From a virus, in IMG/VR virus record IMGVR_UViG_3300023184_003179, positions 24,587 to 88,586 of that record: a DNA stretch of 64,000 nt; one strand, given 5' to 3'. Shown here in pieces: positions 31,701 through 39,359 of this stretch. Below the pieces are notes generated by a model. It was given only the letters and a program-made list of their open reading frames with translations. It was not told the DNA's origin and ran no database searches. The position numbers were made by a program, and so were the translations under genes. Positions within the stretch are counted from its first letter, which is position 1. Every line of letters starts with the position of its first letter.

Positions 31701-31838
31701 TTGTGCAAGTGCTGCCGTTTCACTTGATTTGGCTATTGAGGTATGGAACTGTGCAATCTGTCGTTGGAGAGATTTTAACTGTGCTAATGCAGCAGATGAA
31801 TCAATATTAATGTCAATATTTGCATTAACATCAGCCAT
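25701..31838 (-). CDS. Tape measure protein
   Basis: 2045 aa, Ala-rich helical, TP901-type region (EGGINASEGANALKS), hydrophobic segments, coiled coil, two F..GG...D.VP.MLTPGE.VV motifs. Confidence 0.93.
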   Translation of the reverse strand: MADVNANIDINIDSSAALAQLKSLQRQIAQFHTSIAKSSETAALAQKSLQKNLLSSINSIGAFSAEMRTVKTSAESFTHALESNKFSMREYFRYAGASTKTFGRLFKTEFDTIGKVAEERVKRLQTQYIKMGRDTNGTMKAMAIMPTQLNMDDYGTQVQLTAQKQALFNQLMKQGSTNLLNFGKNTQWAGRQLMVGFTLPLVAFGSTASKAFMDMETQALKFRKVYGDLFTTPAQSNEALAGVKELANSFTKYGVAASQTVGLAADAAAAGFQGLDLQAQTKEATRLAVLGQIDQQQALQTTIALQNAFSISSQDLASNIDFLNAVENQTVTSLDDITTAIPKVAPVIQQLGGNVKDLAFFLTAMKEGGINASEGANALKSGLASLINPTKKASDMLASYGINAKAIVDNNKGDLKATVIGFAEALNKLDPLARARAIEQMFGKFQFARLSTLFANVAKDGNQASRVLDLANASVEQLSALSEKELGMTADSAMNKFKKSVEDLKVALVPVGQAFLQAATPIVEFVGNILEKFGKLSDGTKKVITLLTVGIGAAGPILLMTFGLLANGLANIIKLFLTLRGGYLRLTGQTQVLGEQTQYMTMEQLDAAAAAHSLNQTHANLTQTFTAETSAVKQLVLAYESAIKASSSFAMANPGMMMPIKGRKKFAKGGVVPGSGNGDTVPAMLTPGEVVVPKGIAKENMGLLASLFSGKVASRYAKGTLNVGGKAVEMNFNSAGALGQIQSVINKILSGGTELTDAEGIVAETLVRVADDSKVSFRSFIKELDIVTHSLENVQLKESVVGARKYSAKKAGITASIPEQMASRGAAGAEEVARANAAAEAVYKEYQNLGITGSKLNEALQIDRAHVIEIVNAEKRYGEAWQENAFVVQTHAENELSQSLTYERNQKAYLTALSKVDATDQEKNVLQEKITKNLALTEDELQIQAKVLKEMLADTALMKTTSAGLATTAKGALAAAGARAAMGPASPGVGSRTPQELALAKRNLALATYRGQSSFVKKLKLQGVAGMEEMLSALEKKAETHSDSKRTMRLGKNIIGGLLTGLKQGETPLQTEAAKIADIATLSKTNLYGTTGGIDPVTKSIRRQLEKQLKYKNLEQEMAIGPKVMGMMGGTTQKPSVLGRLKNVNPMKASMGMMGVGMAASMLPGTAGNIAGQASGIAFAAQAIMMLPGPLKLVAGGLAGMYGIIKITNALREKERQSIEGLGKAANLSSGQIEKLGGILNFTPLKSNLELAKPAVSGLTPQQSKQVEETRKLLQTDKEFKAQVKTLGAKDKNNNFVTDKKTTDIVFKSLALRLAGQGATKEAINNFIYTLQQEAGRTDVKFDLKSIDLNTKEGRAGLQSSVDTLLKDYQSAFNKGYAKTKIYVGSGRGGGVVKEVEVLSKDLKKNLATVSNVLQNTFMSLDTQLRSGTINAEQFSQSFDGISASIKAMPKPEALFLMSNLMKSLPSELAKAAVKIKNVADQILILKAASLGITVTESMINALAAASTETGKWDGATQRTAGRVKNELNPQINLATKFLEQMATAAKNAGTSTEKITNIEKYNKAYAIIKNFFDSQEALIRRQRKSEADLLQSKIDNAQKAVDAAQKEIDAKQELIDANNHEADLLNRKIELNYDRPIQKLQDESTILNNNLDIIRKQEDSINKQYDAQIDALEKISSLNQELAAQEKSRLTIADALTSGDISAAAVAVQEARAASAAARIDQQQKSMEASRQAALTGLTAGGMTKDQIEARTYQIGQQTFLLEQQKKVLQDQITVIQDKNYAIEQQIYTVKQNSLIPNQKIVDSTSQTLKDYNAYTDKIVESVTYLGETADKWEANRIKIEAANAQLEFTKENIKEAKTAAEGILAAWKQINNKVITITTNYVTGTAPTAPTASTTKASTTTDSPFTGFRINDRMYGGKIKAMSMGGMVPEYFASGGRIGSDSVPTMLTPGEFVVNKAASKRFGPLLKSLNESKYPSMIGAGSSGYGAPINNVSSSVSDNSTAVYNYSLGFNINGNSSNANDIARAVMTQIKNVDAQRIRGQRR

Positions 31839-31859
31839 TTAGTTCCATACCTCTTTAAA

Positions 31860-32189
31860 TTATTCAGCCATAGTTACGCCAAGAACGTCTGAAACTTCAG
31901 CAAGTTTTACACCTGATGCTGCTTCAACAATCTTGTAAACAGTTGGAAGATCAACAATCTCTTCTAACTTTGAAACGTCTTCTGAGAGTTCTGGCTTATA
32001 TTGTTTCATTGCAATCTGAACACATTCCATAAGAATGTCCATAGATTTTTCATTGTTATCCGCCACTGCTCCCACACCCTCAAACTTCTTCATAAATGGA
32101 CGAAGTAGAGAGATTTTTAGAGGACGTACTGTAACCTTTGTGCCATCAATTAGCGTAAGAATTTGTTCCTCATGCGTAGTTGTTGCCAT
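31860..32189 (-). CDS. Tail assembly chaperone, short (G-like)
   Basis: 109 aa directly before the tape measure; paralog of the N-terminal half of 32232..32927; SD AGGAGG. Confidence 0.75.
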   Translation of the reverse strand: MATTTHEEQILTLIDGTKVTVRPLKISLLRPFMKKFEGVGAVADNNEKSMDILMECVQIAMKQYKPELSEDVSKLEEIVDLPTVYKIVEAASGVKLAEVSDVLGVTMAE

Positions 32190-32214
32190 TATTTCCTCCT
32201 ATAGGTTAATAGCA

Positions 32215-32223
32215 ATTATAGCA
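32215..32223 (-). promoter_or_regulatory. Extended -10 promoter TGCTATAAT for the short chaperone
   Basis: Consensus TGnTATAAT upstream of the AGGAGG SD and ATG 32189. Confidence 0.65.
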
Positions 32224-32231
32224 TAGAAACG

Positions 32232-32927
32232 CTATTTTCTAAGGTCTTCATAATCAAGACCCATACCAATTCCAAACCCTGCTTGCCTTGCATTTTGTCC
32301 TTGAAGTGCTAAGATATCATTGCTATCATTTGTTGCACCTTTACTGAATACTCTTGCCTTTAAATCTTCCCATTCTTTTTGTCCCCTGCTAGATCCAGCC
32401 TCTTTATCTAAATCTACACCCTGAATTGCTGCAAGAAATTTTTTCTCTTCATAATCAAGTTCTCTACGACTTGATAGAGTTGCCATTAGTTCTGGCATAG
32501 ATAATGATTCTTCTAATTCTTTATAATCTTTCCAAATACCCAATAAAAAAACCTCAGATTCTATTTTTGCAAGATCCAAGTCTGACCATGTTGCTCCACT
32601 ATCTGTTGCTTGATCCTTTACAGGCTCTTCTGATTTTTGATTAATTTTAATTCCAGCAGAAACATCTAATATTTTATAAATTGTTGGCATATCAAAACTA
32701 TCTTCTACGGCTTCTTTTGTTTTTGATATTTCTGGATAGTATTGTTTCATTGCTATTCTTACACACTCAACCAAATTCTCTATGGCTTCGTCATCATTTT
32801 TTGTTAATTTAACATCTTCAAACGCCTCCATAAATTCACGTAAATATTTTATTTTTAATGGAGTTATTTCTAATTCTGAACCATCAATTAGATTTATTAT
32901 TTTACTTTGATAAACAGTTGTTGCCAT
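32232..32927 (-). CDS. Tail assembly chaperone, long (G-T-like in-frame fusion)
   Basis: N-terminal G paralog plus C-terminal WSDLDLAKIESEVFLLGIWKDYKELEESLSMPEL domain; lies between major tail and tape measure genes. Confidence 0.75.
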   Translation of the reverse strand: MATTVYQSKIINLIDGSELEITPLKIKYLREFMEAFEDVKLTKNDDEAIENLVECVRIAMKQYYPEISKTKEAVEDSFDMPTIYKILDVSAGIKINQKSEEPVKDQATDSGATWSDLDLAKIESEVFLLGIWKDYKELEESLSMPELMATLSSRRELDYEEKKFLAAIQGVDLDKEAGSSRGQKEWEDLKARVFSKGATNDSNDILALQGQNARQAGFGIGMGLDYEDLRK

Positions 32928-32936
32928 AATCTTTCT

Positions 32937-32945
32937 ATTCTATCA
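32937..32945 (-). promoter_or_regulatory. Extended -10 variant TGATAGAAT
   Basis: 9 nt before ATG 32927, no SD; near-leaderless. Confidence 0.5.
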
Positions 32946-32950
32946 TAAAC

Positions 32951-32982
32951 AAAACAAAAAACCCACCTCGTTAGAAGTGGGT
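32951..32982 (-). terminator. Rho-independent terminator after the major tail gene
   Basis: ACCCACTTC-TAAC-GAGGTGGGT followed by TTTTTGTTTT. Confidence 0.85.
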
Positions 32983-33004
32983 CTTTAGTTAATCTAAAGT
33001 TAGA

Positions 33005-33637
33005 TTATGACTGTCCCCAAGTACGATCTACGATCTTACCATAGGATCCAGATGTGTCTTCAGGAAGAAGACGGAATGAAACTTCAAACATTGACGCTTC
33101 GTCACGTTTAGCAGATACTGTTACATTTTCAATTGAAAGTGCACGGTATGCTGTGTAAACACGCTCAATAGAGTCAGATGCATCACAGTCTCCAGTTCCT
33201 GGTCCAACTGCAACAATTCCTCGTTCTACTGGACATTCTCCAAGTTCACCTGCAGATAGATTAAGTGTCTGACCTGTAGATGCTGCCTTGTTTCCTGTAA
33301 GTTGTGTATCTTTGAATGCTAGTGCAAGAAGCAAGTTTTCTAGTGTTGCTTCAGCAAAAGCGGTAGCAAGATTAACCTGCATACCTTGCTTATATAGTTT
33401 TGCAACGTCAAGAATCTGATCAACTGCAACCTCACCGAAATCAGGTTGGAATTGTAGTTCAAGACCGTTCATGGTGTAACCTACGTTGGTGTAATCTGCT
33501 TGTGCTGAAAGCGTAGTCTTAAAAGACTCGCTTGAATCAAAACCTTCCAGTGTACCTGGAGTAAGTGTTGTATCCGCAACAAAAAGTGCTGCTGCACCAA
33601 CGATAATGTTATTTGACGTACCACGGCTATATGGCAT
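33005..33637 (-). CDS. Major tail tube protein
   Basis: NIIVGAAALF...VGYTMNGLEL...EATLENL...FEVSFRLL; SD GAGGTG; precedes the chaperones. Confidence 0.85.
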   Translation of the reverse strand: MPYSRGTSNNIIVGAAALFVADTTLTPGTLEGFDSSESFKTTLSAQADYTNVGYTMNGLELQFQPDFGEVAVDQILDVAKLYKQGMQVNLATAFAEATLENLLLALAFKDTQLTGNKAASTGQTLNLSAGELGECPVERGIVAVGPGTGDCDASDSIERVYTAYRALSIENVTVSAKRDEASMFEVSFRLLPEDTSGSYGKIVDRTWGQS

Positions 33638-33709
33638 ATTTGTTCACCTCTTTCATAAAGTATTATTAAGTTGTTTGGCGTGTTTCCTCAAAACTAATTA
33701 TACTGCCTT

Positions 33710-34279
33710 TTATGTATATCTAGAATCGGCCTCTGTTTTTATATGGTAGTCATACTCAACAATAATCTTATTGACAAAAAGGGTTCTTGCTGAGGCTAAC
33801 TCTGCAACGTCTCTACTTTCATCTGCTTGATAGACCCTAGTGTTGTGAAAGAAGATGTTGTATGGAATTGTATCCCCTTGAGAGTTTAGGACTGGATTTG
33901 CAATAGCCCAGGAGTTGATATCTTGCGCTGATGAATCTTCACGATCAAGGGCATTAGATATTACACGAACAGAGTCTATCAATTTTCCAACATCTGTTGA
34001 ATACAAGAAATATATTAATTGTTCTCTTTTACGAGCATAGAATGGCGTTGGCCTAAACCTCATAAGTCTGTCATACACAACCAACAGTGGACTTTCTGTT
34101 TGTCTTATTACAATGTTGTCATTGTATAAATCTTCAATGTTTGTTGGAAACTGTGCTGGAACCATTGGGCTTGGATTAAGTAGGTCTGCTTCAGCAATTA
34201 AATTATAATGAGCCAATTCTGAAAGAATGTATCCATTTAAAAATGTTGGTGGAAATCCAGTATCTGTTAATATAGTCAT
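33710..34279 (-). CDS. Probable tail terminator/completion protein
   Basis: Position just before the major tail gene. Confidence 0.6.
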   Translation of the reverse strand: MTILTDTGFPPTFLNGYILSELAHYNLIAEADLLNPSPMVPAQFPTNIEDLYNDNIVIRQTESPLLVVYDRLMRFRPTPFYARKREQLIYFLYSTDVGKLIDSVRVISNALDREDSSAQDINSWAIANPVLNSQGDTIPYNIFFHNTRVYQADESRDVAELASARTLFVNKIIVEYDYHIKTEADSRYT

Positions 34280-34283
34280 AGGT

Positions 34284-34961
34284 CTATTCTACTCCAATTG
34301 TTGCATTGGCAATCCATTTAAATCCAGTTTCAATACCTTTGCTTCTTCCCATTCTTGATCCAGATTTTAGATTCTTTTTATATAATGTTGGTTTTTTAAT
34401 ATATTCATAAAGTCCAGATGCTTTTAAAAATGATTGTTTAAAATATCTTGAAATAAAAATATCAACTGTTGATTCAAAACTGCCAAATACTGCATCTCCT
34501 CCTGGAGAATCAACTTTAATTGGTTTCTTAGTAAAAACATCTCCATTTGGACCACTAAATTTTAAAACTTGTGATCTAGTAGGTGAAATTGTAACTGGAA
34601 TTCCATTTTCCATAATCTTGGCTTTATTATAAAAAGGCACTGTCATGTTTTCTGATACACTTCTTGATTGTCTAAATGTAGAGTTAATTGATAGTCCAAG
34701 ATTGCTAACTGTATAATTAAGATCAAACAACCTAGATGTAGGGCTTCCAGTTTGATTCCATTCATAAACGTGATGTAATGCTTTTGGATTAGATCTTGCC
34801 TCAACATCAACGTATTGAGCAAGGGCCTGTATTACACCTTTGCCAAGTTTATCAAGAAATATTTTTTTACCTTTTTGAACTCCTTCTAAAAAACCAAAGG
34901 AATAATTAACTATGTTATTCATTTGCATTTCAAAACTTTTAGAGTTCATTGTGACTATCAT
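34284..34961 (-). CDS. Head-tail/neck (tail completion) protein
   Basis: Basic protein (LHHVYEW) in the neck position. Confidence 0.55.
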   Translation of the reverse strand: MIVTMNSKSFEMQMNNIVNYSFGFLEGVQKGKKIFLDKLGKGVIQALAQYVDVEARSNPKALHHVYEWNQTGSPTSRLFDLNYTVSNLGLSINSTFRQSRSVSENMTVPFYNKAKIMENGIPVTISPTRSQVLKFSGPNGDVFTKKPIKVDSPGGDAVFGSFESTVDIFISRYFKQSFLKASGLYEYIKKPTLYKKNLKSGSRMGRSKGIETGFKWIANATIGVE

Positions 34962-35410
34962 TAGTCGCCTACCGTTTGATTCTCAGTTCTGCGCCAGAGC
35001 ATTTTATAATATTCTATATTTCCAAATGGCCCAGTAAAAGGCTCTACAGTTGCTATTTCATAAATAGTTCCTCTACCAGATCTAGCGCCTGCAGTTTCTT
35101 TATATATAACCAAATCATTTGCGGTTCTGATGTTTGTAATCAGTATGTTCGTTATTGCATTGTATGAACCATTAGATGATAGTCTTGGATCATTACTTGT
35201 TCGTGCAATTAGTTTATTTTCATATTGCAAAAATGCTTCTGGCTTTATATCTTCAGTTCCTGCTCCCCCTACTGGTGTTGCATTACATATAATTGTTCTG
35301 TCGTATACCCAGTCTTTTTTAGGTTGTCCATAGTCGCCTTGGGCAAGGATTGGAAAATATATATCTGCCTTCATTGGATACATGAAATCTGTAATTTCAC
35401 ATACAGTCAT
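34961..35410 (-). CDS. Head-closure (stopper) protein
   Basis: Beta-rich; GDYGQPKKDW...IYEIATVEP; position. Confidence 0.6.
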   Translation of the reverse strand: MTVCEITDFMYPMKADIYFPILAQGDYGQPKKDWVYDRTIICNATPVGGAGTEDIKPEAFLQYENKLIARTSNDPRLSSNGSYNAITNILITNIRTANDLVIYKETAGARSGRGTIYEIATVEPFTGPFGNIEYYKMLWRRTENQTVGD

Positions 35411-36396
35411 TACAACACTCCAGGACGAACAATATTATTAACATATTTAGACAAAATCTTGTCTACAATAATATTTCCAGTACCCTCAATCATTCTCTTA
35501 TCATATTCAATCTTAAATTGATCAGTACTATAATTCTTTACATATCTTTTATAGTAATCTAATTTCCCACACTTAATATCATCAATTAACAGTTTAGTTG
35601 CATCTTGAATATCAATGGGTACAACTTTATATCCAGTTTCAAGTAAGAAAATATAGTCTGTACCTTGTTGGAATCCTACACCAGGGGTAATTGTCTGTGT
35701 GTTTCCGCTGTCTCCTGTATCAAATAATGCGTATGAGTCAGAGACTGCCAAAGGAATTCTTGATGGGCGTCTTTCTGCTCTATTTAATGAGTCTGTTGCT
35801 TGAACAGGATCTTTTGTAATTGCTGTTTTATCTTTTGTGATAATATAATTAAAGTCTCCAAGTGCTGGACCATCTGCGTCACTTGTATCATATACTAGTT
35901 CTGCATTTTCATATGCCTTTAAAATTTTATGTGTTCTATCCCAAAGAGGAATATAGTCTGTTTCTTGTCCTACAACTTCTAGGTAATTACGTCTATAATA
36001 AAATCCATTAACTATTGAATCAATAATTGCTCTAGCCAAAAATTCGTGTTGTTTATATTCTGCTATTTCTGTTGCTGTTGTTCCTAAAGTATTTGGATCA
36101 ACATATGGACGTTCAATCTGTAGATTGTCTTCAATAACAATATCTCCACGTTCGCCATCAATGTCTTCATATACTGTTACAGAATAAGACTTATCATATT
36201 TTACAAAGTCTCCAGACAGGGTGTATGTTATGGTTCCTTCTGATGAAGATGTTTGTCCAGACTCTCCACTGACAAACACTTCAAGTTCTGTTTGCTCTGG
36301 TACGTCTTCAATAACAAGTATGTAATCTGCTGACTCATCTGGAACTGTATAGGTTACAGAAAGCGGGTATGGTGGAATGCGAAGAATGACTGACAT
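35410..36396 (-). CDS. Head-to-tail adaptor
   Basis: ARAIIDS...GYKVVPIDIQDAT...TGNIIVDKILSKY. Confidence 0.7.
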   Translation of the reverse strand: MSVILRIPPYPLSVTYTVPDESADYILVIEDVPEQTELEVFVSGESGQTSSSEGTITYTLSGDFVKYDKSYSVTVYEDIDGERGDIVIEDNLQIERPYVDPNTLGTTATEIAEYKQHEFLARAIIDSIVNGFYYRRNYLEVVGQETDYIPLWDRTHKILKAYENAELVYDTSDADGPALGDFNYIITKDKTAITKDPVQATDSLNRAERRPSRIPLAVSDSYALFDTGDSGNTQTITPGVGFQQGTDYIFLLETGYKVVPIDIQDATKLLIDDIKCGKLDYYKRYVKNYSTDQFKIEYDKRMIEGTGNIIVDKILSKYVNNIVRPGVL

Positions 36397-36398
36397 TA

Positions 36399-36752
36399 TT
36401 ATTTACCGTAGTATGAGGCTACTTCTTCAGGCTGTGCAATTCTGACTGCCTTACGAGTAATCCACTTTTCCGATGCCTCCTTTGAGACGATGTTATATCC
36501 CACTTTTACTTCTCCAACCCCATCCCAATAGATGTTTCTATCTGAATAAAGTGCTACCTTTTCAATTGGTGCTTTTTGTTCTGTAACGACTTCTGTTTGT
36601 CCGTTTGGAATAAAACTTGCAATTACTTCTAAAATTTCTAATTTAGTAGATACCCCAAATAGATCAATGTTATTTTTCTTAGCATAAGATTTTAGTTCCA
36701 TTACGGTCTTTTTTGCTAATTCTTCAATTGTCATATAATCTCCCATACTCAT
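36399..36752 (-). CDS. Hypothetical protein with Rho-N/HeH-like N-terminus
   Basis: LAKKTVMELKSYAKKNNIDL...KLEILEVI; preceded by TGGTATAAT at 36758-36766. Confidence 0.6.
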   Translation of the reverse strand: MSMGDYMTIEELAKKTVMELKSYAKKNNIDLFGVSTKLEILEVIASFIPNGQTEVVTEQKAPIEKVALYSDRNIYWDGVGEVKVGYNIVSKEASEKWITRKAVRIAQPEEVASYYGK

Positions 36753-36777
36753 TTGTAATTATACCAGAATATGACTA

Positions 36778-36807
36778 AGGGAGGACAGAAATTAATCCAT
36801 CCTCCCT
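36778..36807 (-). terminator. 3' stem-loop after the major capsid gene (weak U-tail)
   Basis: AGGGAGGATGG-ATTAATTT-CTGTCCTCCCT, 11 bp with two G-U pairs. Confidence 0.7.
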
Positions 36808-36826
36808 CAATCTGGGTGGTCAATGA

Positions 36827-37981
36827 TTACGAATCAGTTGCATCTGCATCTGCATAAGATACAGCGTCTAGTTCTTCCCATTGAATACCAAAACGGACGA
36901 ATACTGTGTATTCAATTGTGTCCTTCTTTGGCTTGTATTCACGGTTTACAGTGATGTCTCTCTGGAATCCCCATACACGGTTTGCTGGGAATGTAAGATC
37001 TACATAACCTGCAGGGTAGTAAGGAACTTCAAGAACATCTACACCTAGTACACGAGTTGTGCGTGAGTTACCAAGTGTTTGTGCATTTCCATCAAGATAA
37101 TCTTGACGGTTTGCTGGTGTTCCTGCTGTACGAGTAGCGAATGCTTCTGCTACTGCATCTGCAAGTGTACCGTTATTCTTAACGATACCTTGGAATGCAT
37201 CTGTACCTGCATAGAACTTAAGATTGCTCTTAATTGCACGATACTTACGTGGCATGGCCAAGATAATGCTTTGCATTGTGGCTGTTGTCCACTCGTTGTT
37301 TGCTACAGTAACTGCTGCTTCGTGAGCATCATTTGCTGCAACTTGGTTTACCTGAGCAACGAAGCCAGGCATAATTGAAAGGAATGCGTCTGCGCCAGTT
37401 CCAGTTCCATTAATCGCAAGATCTTCAATATCGTTAGCAAAAGCATTTGTCATCAAACGAACTAGATGATCTTCAAGTGCTGCACCTTCAATATTGTCTT
37501 CAAGTGATTCTGTAGAAACTTCCCAGTCCAAACGAATCTTCTTTGTTGTGAGTTCTACCTTAGAAAATGTAGCACCAACGTTTGTGTAATCTGGTGCACC
37601 CTGTGCTGCTGCACGGATAACACGCTCTCCAACGTTGACTTTCTCAATTTCCATTGTATTTGCTCGCATAGTGACCTTACGGCCATCTTTGGCGAGAACA
37701 GTTGCATCCCACACGTAGTCAATAAAACGACGTGCTTGTTCAGGTGCTAGAATACCACCAGAGACTCCTGTAGGATTTACGGCATTTGCTCCTGTTGTAG
37801 AACCAAATGCTGCTGTTGCTGTGTTACCAAGTTGTGCTGCTGGACTTACGTTACCGTCAGCATTACGTCCTGTTGCACCACCAACACCACCAGATACTAA
37901 TGCGCCTTGGGAGTTAATTTCTGCTCCTGAGCCACCTGAACCTGGATAGTTTTTTTCTATATTTGTATTTTGTTCCGACAT
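36827..37981 (-). CDS. Major capsid protein (HK97 fold)
   Basis: GGILAPEQARRFID, EDNIEG, DIEDLAINGT; SD AGGAGGTG; follows the protease. Confidence 0.92.
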   Translation of the reverse strand: MSEQNTNIEKNYPGSGGSGAEINSQGALVSGGVGGATGRNADGNVSPAAQLGNTATAAFGSTTGANAVNPTGVSGGILAPEQARRFIDYVWDATVLAKDGRKVTMRANTMEIEKVNVGERVIRAAAQGAPDYTNVGATFSKVELTTKKIRLDWEVSTESLEDNIEGAALEDHLVRLMTNAFANDIEDLAINGTGTGADAFLSIMPGFVAQVNQVAANDAHEAAVTVANNEWTTATMQSIILAMPRKYRAIKSNLKFYAGTDAFQGIVKNNGTLADAVAEAFATRTAGTPANRQDYLDGNAQTLGNSRTTRVLGVDVLEVPYYPAGYVDLTFPANRVWGFQRDITVNREYKPKKDTIEYTVFVRFGIQWEELDAVSYADADATDS

Positions 37982-38008
37982 ATTGTTCACCTCCTAGTGA
38001 TATATACC

Positions 38009-39319
38009 TTAGTTAAATAGGTCGGTATTTGTGAGGAAACGACCGCCCCATAGGGATTTTTGAACCACTTGTGGTGATTCCTGTACGATCTCGCCTAGAT
38101 CGCCAGACTTGCGGAAAGCGGTGTCTTGTTCTACAAGATCTACTCGCTTGCCAAACTCGTTAAAGTTACTCTTAATGCCATTAACATCAGATGTTACTGT
38201 ATCAAGAGACTTTGTTACTGCTGCTACCTGCTCATTAAGAGACTTAATAGTTGCAGCAAGATCGCCAAAGGCATTAGTAAGAGAAGCATTAATTTCTGAA
38301 ACTGCTTTAGCAACTTCTTCTTTAACTTCTGAAACGGCGTCAACCACTGCTTCTTCTGCTTTCTCTACTTCTACTGCTGCTTCTTCAGCAACAGGAGAAT
38401 CTGCACCGCCGTCAACTGCTTCTGCTGCAGGTGCTTCAATAGCAACTGCAACTTCTTCAGCAACTGCAGGAGTCTCTACAACTTCTGCTGGTTGTGCCTC
38501 TGGAGCAACCTCTGCATTTTCAACTACAGCGTCTACGGCTGCTTCTGTTGATTCTGTCATGGGATTTACCTCCTTAGTAATCTTAATTGTACTAATGCCT
38601 TTAGCACTATCAACTAAGAATTTTATCATTTCTGTATTTTCTTTATCATTTTTTTCTACAAAACCTATGTTCTGCATCTTATTACCATTGGTTGGGCTTA
38701 CTGCTGATTCAGCATCTGATACCATTACAATACCGCTTTCTGAATCCCAAAATACATTTTCAACTTCTGCTTTTGATAAATATCCACTAACAACATTTTG
38801 TCCATTTACTTTTTCAATAGATACAATGTTGGCAAATTGGTTTGCTGGATTATCTACCAAAGAAAGTTCATGTAGTTCATAATTCTTAATTACACGGATT
38901 GATTTATCTATTTTTTCATCATAGGCATCGTCCCATGTCTTAATATTTCCACCGATTGAAAAACCAGTATAGGTTCCATCCAGAACCTTTTCCCATGCAT
39001 CTTGTGCACCCTTTGAAACGTATGCAGATACATAGACTCCGCTGTAAAACTTCTTATCGTTTGGATCAAAATATTTATCTTCTTTAAATGAAACAATTTT
39101 TCCAACGGCTGATGGTTGGTGCATTTCACGAAGGTTTCCACGGAAGTTTTTAAATGCTTCAACGCTGGATTCTGTTGTTACAATATCGCCCTGCTTATCA
39201 ACGTTATCAAGCGTTGCAAATCCTGACACCATACGGCGTTCAACGTCTATTTTTCCAATGGGCATTGAGAGACGAACATTGTCACCTTCAGTTACCCAAT
39301 GAGCCTTGTTTGTTAACAT
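38009..39319 (-). CDS. Prohead protease fused to scaffolding domain
   Basis: VSGFATLDNVDKQGD, REMH, GFSIGG, ELSLVDNPAN; Glu/Ala-rich linker and coiled coil. TGCTATAAT at 39329-39337. Confidence 0.9.
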   Translation of the reverse strand: MLTNKAHWVTEGDNVRLSMPIGKIDVERRMVSGFATLDNVDKQGDIVTTESSVEAFKNFRGNLREMHQPSAVGKIVSFKEDKYFDPNDKKFYSGVYVSAYVSKGAQDAWEKVLDGTYTGFSIGGNIKTWDDAYDEKIDKSIRVIKNYELHELSLVDNPANQFANIVSIEKVNGQNVVSGYLSKAEVENVFWDSESGIVMVSDAESAVSPTNGNKMQNIGFVEKNDKENTEMIKFLVDSAKGISTIKITKEVNPMTESTEAAVDAVVENAEVAPEAQPAEVVETPAVAEEVAVAIEAPAAEAVDGGADSPVAEEAAVEVEKAEEAVVDAVSEVKEEVAKAVSEINASLTNAFGDLAATIKSLNEQVAAVTKSLDTVTSDVNGIKSNFNEFGKRVDLVEQDTAFRKSGDLGEIVQESPQVVQKSLWGGRFLTNTDLFN

Positions 39320-39359
39320 AACGCTTCTATTATAGCATTTGTTTATAAGTTTTTCTCAA

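Noticed and set aside
31860-31900. Slippery site at the end of the short chaperone
   Set aside because: No XXXYYYZ heptamer, and no room for a T reading frame before the tape measure start.
38109-38882. 257-aa plus-strand ORF (also 28285..28719, 47506..48075, 48622..49311, 51043..51645, 51778..52317 and the many 60-110 aa antisense ORFs)
   Set aside because: Antisense shadows of Ala/Thr/Val-rich genes; no RBS or motifs, and composition mirrors the sense codons.
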